The notes beneath the pieces were generated by a model. It searched no databases. It was not told the DNA's origin and saw only the letters and a program-made list of their open reading frames with translations. Shown here in pieces: positions 33,993 to 43,956 of a stretch of 64,000 nt of DNA. This DNA is from a virus: positions 1-64,000 of the IMG/VR virus record IMGVR_UViG_3300028802_000007; one strand, written 5' to 3'. The translations under genes and the position numbers were made by a program. Every line of letters starts with the position of its first letter. Position 1 is the stretch's first letter.

Positions 33993-34436
33993 GTGGCCCA
34001 GTCCCCCTTCCCAGATGAAGTCATGCGCGAGACCGCCCACTGGGCGGCGTACTTCGCCAACGACTGGAAGCAAGAGTCACCACGGCAGACGCACACATCG
34101 TCGCTAGCTGCCGACGGGACGCCCCAATGGCATCCCGACTTCCTCAAGTGGATCACCCGCGACGAGGACAACAAGCCCTTCCGCCGCAACGGCGAGGAGC
34201 GGCTCCGCACCACCAAGGTCATGCGCCGTCTCCGGCGGGTGGCCGTCCGCGAGTACGAGGTCCTCTACAGGGTCCTCGTCCTTGGCGAGAGGCTGGAGGA
34301 GACGACCATATGGCTCAACGAACGCGCACTCCGCAATGCCATCCCGCTCCAACCAGGAAGAGACGTCCATTACTCCGACAAGGACACCTGGGCCCTCGTC
34401 ATCTGTGGCATCGACTACGCCCGGCAGTACTACTAG
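33993..34436 (+). CDS. hypothetical protein, possible late transcription regulator
   Basis: End of middle operon; MRRL...REYEVLYRVLVLGERLEET loosely resembles sigma region-4 HTH. Confidence 0.4.
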   Translation: MAQSPFPDEVMRETAHWAAYFANDWKQESPRQTHTSSLAADGTPQWHPDFLKWITRDEDNKPFRRNGEERLRTTKVMRRLRRVAVREYEVLYRVLVLGERLEETTIWLNERALRNAIPLQPGRDVHYSDKDTWALVICGIDYARQYY

Positions 34437-34936
34437 CTCTCGTCTTCGCCCTCGTGGCACCGGCCCGGGCAGGAGCTCCGACTCCCTTCACCCCGGTCCC
34501 TGACTCCGCCTTCACGGCGGTGGTGATCCCGCCCTCACCTCACCCGACCCCGATCCAGCTCGTCCTCGAGCCTGTCGTCGAGCGTCCGGTCGTCACCCAA
34601 CCGCCGGTCCCCACGGCGCAGCCCAAGGTCATCACGACGCCGTACAAGGCACCCCTCAGATCAGGCCGGTTCGTCGTCGGTGTGGCGACCTACTACTGCT
34701 GGCCCGCCGGAGGCTCGCGTTGCACCCACGGATACCCCGCCAGCGGCGCGTACGGGGCTGCTGGGCCCGCGCTGCGGGCCGCACTGGGCAACTGGCGTGG
34801 GAAGACCGTCTACGTCAACGGCGTGGCCGTGAGGCTCATTGATTGGTGCGGCTGCGGTGGCGACCACGTCATCGACGTCTACCACTCGACGTGGGTCAAG
34901 ATCCCGAACCAGAGCCACGTCGTCATCCGCTGGTAG
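34310..34936 (+). CDS. secreted RlpA-like double-psi beta-barrel protein
   Basis: ATG 34310 with GGAGGAG SD; signal-like LLALVFALVAPARA, Pro-rich linker, GVATYY..AAGP..VRLIDWC..VIDV. Confidence 0.6.
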   Translation: MAQRTRTPQCHPAPTRKRRPLLRQGHLGPRHLWHRLRPAVLLALVFALVAPARAGAPTPFTPVPDSAFTAVVIPPSPHPTPIQLVLEPVVERPVVTQPPVPTAQPKVITTPYKAPLRSGRFVVGVATYYCWPAGGSRCTHGYPASGAYGAAGPALRAALGNWRGKTVYVNGVAVRLIDWCGCGGDHVIDVYHSTWVKIPNQSHVVIRW

Positions 34937-35389
34937 TCAGCACAGGTCGATGACGTAATAGGCGGCGTAGTACCTGCCCAGATAGCCGGTCCACGCACCA
35001 CCGCCATGGTCGTAGCGGGCGGCGGTCAGGATCGACCAGTGGGCTGGCGAACCCTTCCACTGGGCCATGAACGCGGGCCCGGTGGCGGCGTAGTTGTTCC
35101 AGGCGAGGACCTCGCCGACCAGCCGCCAGCAGACGTGCGCTGCCGACAGGGCAGCCTTGACCGGGCCAAGGTCATGCCACGTCCGTCCGGCGCGGGCCAT
35201 GGTGTAGGCACGCTGAGCTCCGACGACGCACAGCATGTCCATGACCCGCACGTCGGGCGATCGCGAAGCGTTGAGGGCCGTGGTCAGCGACGCGCAGCGC
35301 GAGGCCACGATGGGGCTCGAGGCCCCGGTCGTCTGGGCCGTGCCCAGCAGGAGGGCGGCGGCCAGCAGGGAGGCGAGGGCGACCCGCAT
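34937..35389 (-). CDS. secreted CAP/SCP-domain protein
   Basis: Signal peptide; LNASR, AQRAYTMA..WH, GEVLAW, WKGSPAHWSIL. Confidence 0.8.
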   Translation of the reverse strand: MRVALASLLAAALLLGTAQTTGASSPIVASRCASLTTALNASRSPDVRVMDMLCVVGAQRAYTMARAGRTWHDLGPVKAALSAAHVCWRLVGEVLAWNNYAATGPAFMAQWKGSPAHWSILTAARYDHGGGAWTGYLGRYYAAYYVIDLC

Positions 35390-35607
35390 CAGTGGACGCC
35401 GTTGGATCGGCGACCGGCGATGAAGCCAGCCAGCAGGGCGACGATGACCGAGATGATGCGACCGATGGCGTCAGCCGCTGACACCACGTCTTGTTCAGGG
35501 TGGGTCAGCCTGATGTAAAGGATGGCCGCCGTCGTCATCAGAACCACGACGACGACGACAGCGGTGAGGGCCAAGGCGATGAGATCTGCGGTCGGGCGCT
35601 GCTTCAC
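35389..35607 (-). CDS. two-TM membrane protein (holin-like)
   Basis: Two hydrophobic helices at end of the late operon. Confidence 0.55.
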   Translation of the reverse strand: MKQRPTADLIALALTAVVVVVVLMTTAAILYIRLTHPEQDVVSAADAIGRIISVIVALLAGFIAGRRSNGVH

Positions 35608-35613
35608 GCATGG

Positions 35614-35790
35614 CTACTTTCGCTTCCTTGGCCGCGTCGAGATCAACACTGAGCCGCAGTTGGGACAGGGCTTCATCTTGAAGCCCGGAAGCTTGAGCCA
35701 CCGGAAACCACAGTCGGGCTTCGGGCAGGCCATGGGCAGGCCGTAGTCCTCGGCCCGGATCTTGGGGCGGGCGTTCCCGCCCACGGTCAT
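35614..35790 (-). CDS. small Zn-ribbon protein
   Basis: CPKPDC...CPNCGS. Confidence 0.55.
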   Translation of the reverse strand: MTVGGNARPKIRAEDYGLPMACPKPDCGFRWLKLPGFKMKPCPNCGSVLISTRPRKRK

Positions 35791-35821
35791 GGGGTCAGAT
35801 AGGAGGGCACCCCGTAGGTGC

Positions 35822-36097
35822 TCATTCGGTCGTGGCCCAGCGGAGACCGGCCCGGTACAGAGCCCGGATGCCAGCGCCGATGAGAGCGAAGGCGGCGACC
35901 TGAGGCGTGGCAACGGCAGCGCCGAAGTCCGTGACCTGGACCGCCACGAGGGCGGCTGCGCCGGAGAGCAGCACGTCCGCGACCAGGTCCTTGATGAACT
36001 TCTTGCCGTTGAACGGAGAGACGCCGGTCCCGTCGGTCAGGACGCCGACGACAGCCCCCTGCTTCGGGGCCGGGTCAGGCAGCTTGGGATCAGGCAT
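35822..36097 (-). CDS. putative holin
   Basis: 91 aa with two hydrophobic segments after tail genes. Confidence 0.55.
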   Translation of the reverse strand: MPDPKLPDPAPKQGAVVGVLTDGTGVSPFNGKKFIKDLVADVLLSGAAALVAVQVTDFGAAVATPQVAAFALIGAGIRALYRAGLRWATTE

Positions 36098-36142
36098 TGG
36101 GCACCTCGAACGAAGCGACCTCTCCCGGCTGCCTTGCGGAGT

Positions 36143-37723
36143 CTACGCCGTGCGGGCTTGGCAGTACACGGTTATTCCGCCGGCTGGGGCCGACGTAAGC
36201 GTGAACGAGGCGGCGTCAGGATCGGTCTCGACGAAGGCCACACCCTTGACCAGCGGGGTCATCGTGCCGCCCGATCCGGTGTAAACCTGAAGCGTGCCCG
36301 GGATGTACGGCGGGACGATGTGGAAGAGGGTGCGGCTGCCGTTGGCGGCCTCGACCGCCTCGTCCGCGTAGTACGAACCGTACGGGTAGGAGTCGGACGT
36401 GGCGTCGGTCCCGACGACCGGCTGGGGCTGGGGCTTCGGGCGCATCTTGCGGAGGAACTGCCACCACCAGACGGGGTCCGACATCTGGAGGCCGAACGTG
36501 CCCTCGAACTGGACGAAGGTCACCGGATCGTTGTCGGGGTTGTCCGATGGCAGGGTCGGGAAGGTGATCTTCACCTGACGGAGCGGGACGTTGATGGTGT
36601 ACGGCGTGGCTCCGTTGTCCTCGCTGAAGGACCACAGGTTGAGGGTCGTGACCATGCCCGGGATGAGCTGCTGTCGCTCGCCGCCGGAGATCGGCACGTC
36701 GTGGCTGAACCACGTCAGGACGAACTGGCGATCGGGGTTGACCAGGCCCTGCGCTCCTGTCACGGGCGACGTGCCAGAGGTGGAGCCGCTGATGAGGGCG
36801 TTGGCTCGAGCGGTCACCTCAGCCGAGCTCTTGAAGCGGTCCTCGCCCGGGTGGTTCTCGGCCAACTGCCAGCGACCGTTGTCGGTGATGCTGGTCGCGT
36901 TGCTCTTGTGGGCCATCACGATGGTGCCGTTGGTACCGATAGGCGATCCGCCCCAGATGAAGACCTCGTTGATGACCGACGTGCCGTCGTCGGTGACGGT
37001 GCCGTCACGCCAGCCGATGAAGCTGGTGCCGTCGGGGATGTCGCTGAAGCCCCACGGTGCGGCGGTCGTCTGGAGGGCCAGCCAGTTGAGGTTGGCTCCG
37101 CCGTCCACCCAGTAGATGCAGGCGAGCTGGCCGTGGATCGTGGTCTCGATGACGAGCGAGTCGAGGACCGCACGCATCGTCTCGCCCTGGCTGGGCCAGA
37201 CGTACTTCACGGTGAAGTCGTTGACGTGATCGACCTTGGTGGTCACATCGAGCGTGCCGCCACCACTGAAGCCCAGATCGAAGTACTGCGCGTAGAGGGC
37301 GATGATGTGCTTGTCGTTGCCGTTGGCACCGACGCCGACCGACGGGATGATGTGGGTGTAGTCGGTGGTCCGGCGGAGGACGCGCTTGTCGAGCAGGTGG
37401 TTGTAGTCCACCCCGTCGAGCTGCCATCGGCGACCGGTCACGGGTTCTGACGTGTCGAGCGCCGGAAAGAAGAAGTCGCGGGTGACCTGAGTCACGAAGC
37501 CGCCGAACATCTGGACGGTGCCCAAGGTCATCTCGAGCCTGCCACCCGTGACGAACGAGTGGGTCTGGTTCGGGTCCTTGACCGTGATGTGGAAGGACCC
37601 GGGAACCGCCGCAGCTTGGAGCTCGAAGTAGGCGTCGATGTAGGTGCAGGACGTGGTGATGTCAGTCGTCGTGCCCGACGGGTCGATGTAGATGATGGTG
37701 ATGTCTTCGGGCACCTTGCTCAT
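36143..37723 (-). CDS. minor tail / tail-tip protein
   Basis: 526 aa; resembles the central hub region of the upstream 2077-aa protein. Confidence 0.7.
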   Translation of the reverse strand: MSKVPEDITIIYIDPSGTTTDITTSCTYIDAYFELQAAAVPGSFHITVKDPNQTHSFVTGGRLEMTLGTVQMFGGFVTQVTRDFFFPALDTSEPVTGRRWQLDGVDYNHLLDKRVLRRTTDYTHIIPSVGVGANGNDKHIIALYAQYFDLGFSGGGTLDVTTKVDHVNDFTVKYVWPSQGETMRAVLDSLVIETTIHGQLACIYWVDGGANLNWLALQTTAAPWGFSDIPDGTSFIGWRDGTVTDDGTSVINEVFIWGGSPIGTNGTIVMAHKSNATSITDNGRWQLAENHPGEDRFKSSAEVTARANALISGSTSGTSPVTGAQGLVNPDRQFVLTWFSHDVPISGGERQQLIPGMVTTLNLWSFSEDNGATPYTINVPLRQVKITFPTLPSDNPDNDPVTFVQFEGTFGLQMSDPVWWWQFLRKMRPKPQPQPVVGTDATSDSYPYGSYYADEAVEAANGSRTLFHIVPPYIPGTLQVYTGSGGTMTPLVKGVAFVETDPDAASFTLTSAPAGGITVYCQARTA

Positions 37724-40700
37724 GGGAGGGCTCCGTTCGTGATGTAGGCCATTGTGACGTCGGCGCTCTCCGTCAAGGCTGCGTGCATCGTGATGAGACC
37801 GAAGTCGTCAGCGGTCAGGGTCCACGCCGATCCGCTCTGGAGGATGCCGTTGACGCTGACGAGGGCCGTCCCGGTCAGGATGGAGTTGGTCGCCTGCCAC
37901 AGGGAGTTCACCGGGTACGAGCCGCCCGACGGGGTGTCCAGCGGGGTCAACACGTCGTTCAGCAGGTGCGTGCCTGACGGCACGGAGCCGGGGCCTGACG
38001 GCGGGATGACGGTACAGGTCCCGACTTGGATCTCGCCGATGTTCGTGGTCCCGCTCGTCGCCCCGTTCTGGTTGACGAGGTAGACCCGGTTGTAGTTGTA
38101 GTGCAGCGAGTCGATGGCAACCGCCGCGCCCGCTGGCTTGCTCCCTGCCGAGTCGGGCCAGACGGTGAGGATGCCTGCTGACCCGTCGTACTCGGCGGTG
38201 TACCACGCGCCCGCGATCCAGGAAGAGCCACCTCCGACGTCGGCGAGGCTGAGCGTAAAGATCTGGGCCTGCACGGTCATGCGGATGGTCAGGCCGCCGC
38301 TTGGAGAGAACTGGAAGTACATCTCGATCCACCCGAAGCCCAGCGTGTTCTCGATCCTGAGCAACCACTGGGTGGAACCGCTGCCTCCACCGTTCGGGAG
38401 AGCGGTCGCCATGAGCCGCATGCTCAGGGTGAACCCCGGGTTGGCGAAGGGGACCACGTTCGAGTTGTAGTAGCCAGCGACGCCCAGGCTCTCGGCGAAG
38501 AAGGACGCACCGTTCACGCCGCTGTTCCCGCCACCGACGAACTGGGTCGTATACGCCGTGCCAGACGAACTCGTCCCGATCGTGTTCGTGCTGGTGGTCC
38601 GGTTGAAGTTGTCCCAGACGTAGACGTCAGCGCAGTTGGAGCCGCAGGGCATCCCCTCGTAGTCGAAGCCGATGGGTCCCCAGAAGGTGTCGGTGGTGTA
38701 GTTGGAAGACGACTGAGTGTTGAACCGCGTGTAGCCACCAGTCACGCCAGCCTGCGTCAACTCGACCATCCAGTCGGCGGGCTCGCTCGTGCCCCACCAG
38801 ACCTTGCCCCGACTGACGCTGGCGCTGTACTCCCACTTCAGGTTGATGTTGACGTTGGTGGGCACGTCGGGAATGCCCACAGAGGCAGAGCCCGCACCTG
38901 CCACGGCGAGCTGGAGCTCGCACCCAGCAGGGCTGATCTCCAAGGTCATCCTCCGCTCGCCGCCGGGGACCGGGGAGAAGGGGGCGCTGATCTGCTGGAC
39001 GACGAGACTGAACGCCACTGCGTGGCTACCGAAGGCTGTGCCGTATCGGATGAAGGTCGTACAGGTGAAGTCGTCTCGGAACGGGGCCGCGAAGACCGAG
39101 CCACTGTCTGGGATGTAGGCCATCACGGAGTTAGTGGTGCCACCGCTGTTGAGCGGGACTGCCGCGATCCCGTTCGATACAGCGATGCTGGGGTCACCCG
39201 AACCGTTCACCCACGCTGGACCGCCTTGACTCGGAATGCCCCAGCCGCCCGTCACGACGCGCTGGAAGTTGTCGAAGTTGGACCCGGAACAGGCGCTGAT
39301 GCCGTTGATGTTGAGCTCGTACAGCCGGACGGTCTGGCCGATGTTGGGCAGGAAGAACCAGAAGGTGTTCAGGGGCATCCCGGTGAAGGCCGTGCTCCCA
39401 CAGTCGAGCATGAAACCGGCGGGCTCCGACGCACCCTCCGCCCAGACGTTGGCCTGGACCTGACCACCAGTGATGACCATGTGGAAGTTCCAGATGCCGT
39501 CGTAGGCCAAGTAGGCGGCACCCGTGTTGATGCTGTCACTGACGGCTCCGCCACCCGCATCACTTCCGTACACGGCCCAGTACCCGTCGCCGCCGTCCTT
39601 GTCGATCCAGAAGTCGAAGCCCATATAGTCGTTGAAGAGTTGCGGATTGCCCTCGGACCAGTAGAACTGCGGCTGGGCGTTGTGGTCACCCTCCGTCGTC
39701 GTGTTGGCGATGGACATCTGCCACGTCATATCAACCGCAGACAGGCCCAGGCTGTCCAGCATCATCGTGATGTCCGACCCGCCTGAGCCTGTGTTCTGGG
39801 CCTGCTCAGGGTTGGCCTCAGCGAAGCCGCTGTACACACGGGTGGCACGGTTGATGGCATCGATCTCGTACTGAAGCTGCCCGGGCCCTGCCACCCACAC
39901 CCTGCCGGAGTCGCTCGTGGCCCAGCCACTCACCACAGAGCGGCTGAAGGTGTCGGTGATGCCGCAGTCAGCTTCGGTGCAGCCGGTCTCCTCCTGACCA
40001 CCGACCGGGAGGGGCGTCCCACCGCCACCGCCCAGACCCGGGTAGCCGGTCGGCAACCACGGATCGAACATGCTCCAGACCGCGTCGATCTCCCAACTCA
40101 ACTGGAGGGTGAAGAGCGGGTCGTCCGGCGTCGGCCAGGTGATGGTCATGGTGCGGATCGGGAGGACATCGTCGTGGGTGTCAGGAGCTCCCGGGTAGGC
40201 GGGCGGCATGTAGAACTGGGAGTTGTGGATGTTGACCACGTCGCCGACCGCGAAGACCGGCTCGTAGGTGCGAACCTCGATCGAGCGCATGGGGTTCTTG
40301 GCACCGCGCAGCGAGGCAGGGGAGCCCTCGACAGCCGCTCGAGCCACGGCGTTGGCGGTAGCCTGCTTGTAGATGCCGGAGGTGAAGTTGCCGTACTGCC
40401 AGCGGCCATGGTCGCTCTGGCTGGGGGCACTCTGGTAGCGGGACTTGACGATCTGATTGCTGCCCTTGCCAGCGCCCCAGACGATCGCATCGTTGATCAT
40501 CTCGGTCGCGTCCTCGACGATCCGCGCCTCGCGGTAGCCCACGTCCATCGCGCCCGACGGAGTGTCGGTCAGGGTGTACGGGCTGCTGACGAGGTCGGCA
40601 TCGACGTAGGTCACGACCTTCTGCGGGGTGACGTAGAAGATGGCTCCCGTGTCCCACGACAGGTGGAGCAGCACGTCTCGCAACGTGAAGCCACCTTGGG

Positions 40701-43700
40701 CCACGTTGCCACCGGTCTTGGCCGTCACGCCCTTGATGTCGAGGACGCCCTGACCGACGTGCTGGAAGTTCTTGGTGAAGCCGTCGGTGTCGAAGAACGG
40801 CCAGAGGTTGTTGAGGATGGTGTTGTCGGCGGTCCCAGCGGCGTAGTCCCACGTCCTGCCCGGGTGGGCAGAGTCGTGGAGGATGCGCTTGTCGAGGAAG
40901 CGGTTGTAGTCGCCGCCGACGATGTGGAAGATCCGGGCATCACTCAGCGGGGCCTTCTGGACCGGGAAGGGGAACGCTCTGGTGACCAGCAGGACCCAGC
41001 CGGCCCAGCGCAGGATGCCGCCGATGTAGAGCTCGATCACGTCGCCGGTCTCGAAGGTCAGGTCGTGGTCCTGGTCCACCACGTCGAACTCGCACTCACC
41101 GGTCTGGGCGTTGGTCTTGGCGCTGAACTTGGCCGTCTTCCAGATGACGTGGCCTCGAGACATCTCGACGCCGTTGATGTAGATGCGGGTCGGCACACCG
41201 GTCAGCGGCAGCGTCCCGTTGCCTCCGCCGGACCCACCGCCACCGCCAGATCCGCCACCGCCCCCGGTGCCCGGGATGAACCAGTTGTAGTCGATGGTGA
41301 ACGAGGGCTGGTACGTCAGGTTGATGAGGGCGTTGGCGGTGAAGGTGCCACCGAAGGTGTAGGCGAAGCGGGCGTCAGCGGTGAACGACCCGGTGCGGGT
41401 GCTCTTGAAGAGCGCGTTCGCCGTGAACGTGCCCGTCCGACTGGCCCTGATGGTGGCAGAGGCCCTGAAGTAGCCCTGCGTGATGAAGGCGTCGGCGGTA
41501 TAGGAGCCCGTCCTCGAGGCCTTGATGACGGCCCTGGCCGTGAACGAGCCGGTGCGGGTCGCTCTGATGTAGGCGTCGGCGGTGAAGCGCCTGCTGGCGA
41601 TGACCGCGTTGAGCAGGACTCTGTTGGGGGTGATGCCATAGAGCGCGAAGTTGTCGATCTTGCTGACTTCGCTACCCTCAGGGGAGTAGTAGAAGTCGAG
41701 GAAGGGAACCCCGTTGTTGACCGGGCCCACCTTGTCGTTCATCCGACCCGACGTCAGCGGCGACGACGGCCTCGCAGAGCCGACCTTCCAGACGCGCATC
41801 TCGACGTTCTGGAGAGCGTCGTAGACGAGCTCCGCCGTGTACCACGAGCTCGCATCCAGCGCGAGGGTGGCGTCGGGCACGTTCGGGGAGAAGGACCACT
41901 GACTGGTGCCGACACGCCAGTCACCGGACGTACCGTCCGCCGCGACGTACATGTAGACCGGAGTCGAGGGGTCGTCGAGGTTGATGCCGTACGCCGGGTG
42001 GGCGTTGGACTGGCTCGCCAGCGGCGGCACCCAGAAGTCGAACTGGACGGAGCCTGCTGTCGGACGCGCCCCGAAGCGCCACGACGAGTAGTTGTAGTCG
42101 GCTGGGTGGCCCGTTGGGTGAGCCGGCAGGACGATGCTCGCCCCATCGACGAAGACGTTGTCTGCCGACGACGTGGAGGTGTACGAGTCGTCGTTCGACC
42201 AGACCCACGGAGCCCCAAGCGATCCTGTCCCGGGCCCGACCGACCGGTTGAAGTCGTCACTGAGGACGACCGCGAAGGACTGGGTGATGGTGGCGAGGCG
42301 GATGGCGTCGGCGGTGAAGTAGCCACCGCTTGGGATCTTCAGCCAGGCGTTCGCCGTGAACGAGGCGGTGACGCTCTTCTTGATGGTCGCCGACGCGGTG
42401 TAGGAGCCGGTGCTGATGATCTTGATCCACGCAGACGCCGTGCGCGATCCGGTCTGGGTTCGGAAGCGAACCGCGTTCGCGGTGTACGAACCGGTCTGGG
42501 TGCGCTTGCGGATCGCGTCCGCCGTGAAGGTCGCGGTCTGGGTGCGCCGGGTGAAGGCATCTGCCGTGAACGAGCCGGTGCGGGCGGCGAAGATGACAGC
42601 GTTGGCGGTCAGACTCGAGGTCTGGTTCCGCAGGACGACGGCATTCGCCGTGTACGACCCGGAGCGGGTGACACCGATGACAGCGTTGGCCGTGAAGGAA
42701 CCGGATCGGCTGGCGCGGATCACGGCGTTGGCGGAGAAGGAGGACGCCCCGGACACGAAGAGCTGGGCGTCGGCGGTGAAGGACCCGGCCCGGGTCGCCT
42801 TCAGGACGGCATTCGCGGTCAGGGAACCAGTGACGGGCCTGAGGAGGAACGCGTCCGCCGTGAAGGAGCCAGTGGCAGTGCGCTGGATGACCGCGTCGGC
42901 TGTCGTCGATCCGGTGCGGGTCGCCTTGACCACGGCGTTCGCCGTGAAGGAGCCAGTGCGCGTGGCCTTGATCAGGGCGGCTGCGGTGAAGCTCCCCGTG
43001 CCCGTCGCCTTCAGGATGGCGTTCGCGGTGAAGGTGCCACCCGGGCCCACGCCAGTGCTGATGTAGGCATCGGCGGTGAGGTTCAGCGGCTTGGCGATGA
43101 ACGAGGCACCGATGAGGGCCTTGCGGTTCGCGGCACCACCGGTCGAGCCGATGGTGTACGAGCCTGAAGCAGCCGTCGCGATCTGGTAGTTGACCCCGAT
43201 GGGCGGACGACCGCCGGACTCGAAGTCCTCCGTCATGGAACCAGCCGGGGTCATGCCGACCGGGACGGTGTCGTTCCTCTGGAGGAGGCCGCTGACGAGG
43301 AGGATGACGTCGGCGAGGCCCGGGGTGATGGACTGCGTGCCAGCGGTGGTGAACGAGGACGTCCCGACGAAGGTGTCGAACGCCTTGATGTTCGAGAACT
43401 CCATGACGTCGAACGCGACGTTGTTGGCAGTGCCCGACCAGGTGACCGTGGTCGTCGCCGACAGCGATGTCGTGACGAACTGGTACCACATCACGATGGG
43501 CCAGTCGCCCGCCGTGACACCCGTGTACTCGCGGTCGATCTGTGTCCACGTCCCGTTGTTCAGGGACGCCGTCTCCGCCGTGACGCCGTTCCGCTTGGCG
43601 GAGGCCGCGACGAGGAGGTTGCCGATGGTCGGCGTGGCACCTAGCGTGATGGAGACGTTGGCCGACGCGGTGCCGCTGGACCCGTTGCTCTGGACCTTCG

Positions 43701-43953
43701 TGGCCGCCGTCTGGGAAACCGTCTTGAGGACGGCGTTGGCGGTGAAGGAGGCAGACGTGCCCAGCACCTTGATCACCGCGTTGGCGGTGAAGACGTTGAA
43801 GATCCTTGGGGCTAGGACCTCGACGGCAAGCTGAGTGACCCGGGCGTTGGGTACGCCGTTCTCGAGGGTCTCGGCTGCAAGCTGTGTGACTCGAGCGTTT
43901 GGAGTGCCTAGCTCGAGTGCCTCGATGGCGGCCTGCGTGACGCGGGTCGCCAT
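37720..43953 (-). CDS. large tail-tip/fibre protein with 14-aa FTANA repeats
   Basis: 2077 aa after TMP; repeat tracts, hub-like middle, several DxFxR-starting beta-rich modules. Confidence 0.75.
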   Translation of the reverse strand: MATRVTQAAIEALELGTPNARVTQLAAETLENGVPNARVTQLAVEVLAPRIFNVFTANAVIKVLGTSASFTANAVLKTVSQTAATKVQSNGSSGTASANVSITLGATPTIGNLLVAASAKRNGVTAETASLNNGTWTQIDREYTGVTAGDWPIVMWYQFVTTSLSATTTVTWSGTANNVAFDVMEFSNIKAFDTFVGTSSFTTAGTQSITPGLADVILLVSGLLQRNDTVPVGMTPAGSMTEDFESGGRPPIGVNYQIATAASGSYTIGSTGGAANRKALIGASFIAKPLNLTADAYISTGVGPGGTFTANAILKATGTGSFTAAALIKATRTGSFTANAVVKATRTGSTTADAVIQRTATGSFTADAFLLRPVTGSLTANAVLKATRAGSFTADAQLFVSGASSFSANAVIRASRSGSFTANAVIGVTRSGSYTANAVVLRNQTSSLTANAVIFAARTGSFTADAFTRRTQTATFTADAIRKRTQTGSYTANAVRFRTQTGSRTASAWIKIISTGSYTASATIKKSVTASFTANAWLKIPSGGYFTADAIRLATITQSFAVVLSDDFNRSVGPGTGSLGAPWVWSNDDSYTSTSSADNVFVDGASIVLPAHPTGHPADYNYSSWRFGARPTAGSVQFDFWVPPLASQSNAHPAYGINLDDPSTPVYMYVAADGTSGDWRVGTSQWSFSPNVPDATLALDASSWYTAELVYDALQNVEMRVWKVGSARPSSPLTSGRMNDKVGPVNNGVPFLDFYYSPEGSEVSKIDNFALYGITPNRVLLNAVIASRRFTADAYIRATRTGSFTARAVIKASRTGSYTADAFITQGYFRASATIRASRTGTFTANALFKSTRTGSFTADARFAYTFGGTFTANALINLTYQPSFTIDYNWFIPGTGGGGGSGGGGGSGGGNGTLPLTGVPTRIYINGVEMSRGHVIWKTAKFSAKTNAQTGECEFDVVDQDHDLTFETGDVIELYIGGILRWAGWVLLVTRAFPFPVQKAPLSDARIFHIVGGDYNRFLDKRILHDSAHPGRTWDYAAGTADNTILNNLWPFFDTDGFTKNFQHVGQGVLDIKGVTAKTGGNVAQGGFTLRDVLLHLSWDTGAIFYVTPQKVVTYVDADLVSSPYTLTDTPSGAMDVGYREARIVEDATEMINDAIVWGAGKGSNQIVKSRYQSAPSQSDHGRWQYGNFTSGIYKQATANAVARAAVEGSPASLRGAKNPMRSIEVRTYEPVFAVGDVVNIHNSQFYMPPAYPGAPDTHDDVLPIRTMTITWPTPDDPLFTLQLSWEIDAVWSMFDPWLPTGYPGLGGGGGTPLPVGGQEETGCTEADCGITDTFSRSVVSGWATSDSGRVWVAGPGQLQYEIDAINRATRVYSGFAEANPEQAQNTGSGGSDITMMLDSLGLSAVDMTWQMSIANTTTEGDHNAQPQFYWSEGNPQLFNDYMGFDFWIDKDGGDGYWAVYGSDAGGGAVSDSINTGAAYLAYDGIWNFHMVITGGQVQANVWAEGASEPAGFMLDCGSTAFTGMPLNTFWFFLPNIGQTVRLYELNINGISACSGSNFDNFQRVVTGGWGIPSQGGPAWVNGSGDPSIAVSNGIAAVPLNSGGTTNSVMAYIPDSGSVFAAPFRDDFTCTTFIRYGTAFGSHAVAFSLVVQQISAPFSPVPGGERRMTLEISPAGCELQLAVAGAGSASVGIPDVPTNVNINLKWEYSASVSRGKVWWGTSEPADWMVELTQAGVTGGYTRFNTQSSSNYTTDTFWGPIGFDYEGMPCGSNCADVYVWDNFNRTTSTNTIGTSSSGTAYTTQFVGGGNSGVNGASFFAESLGVAGYYNSNVVPFANPGFTLSMRLMATALPNGGGSGSTQWLLRIENTLGFGWIEMYFQFSPSGGLTIRMTVQAQIFTLSLADVGGGSSWIAGAWYTAEYDGSAGILTVWPDSAGSKPAGAAVAIDSLHYNYNRVYLVNQNGATSGTTNIGEIQVGTCTVIPPSGPGSVPSGTHLLNDVLTPLDTPSGGSYPVNSLWQATNSILTGTALVSVNGILQSGSAWTLTADDFGLITMHAALTESADVTMAYITNGALP

Positions 43954-43956
43954 GGG

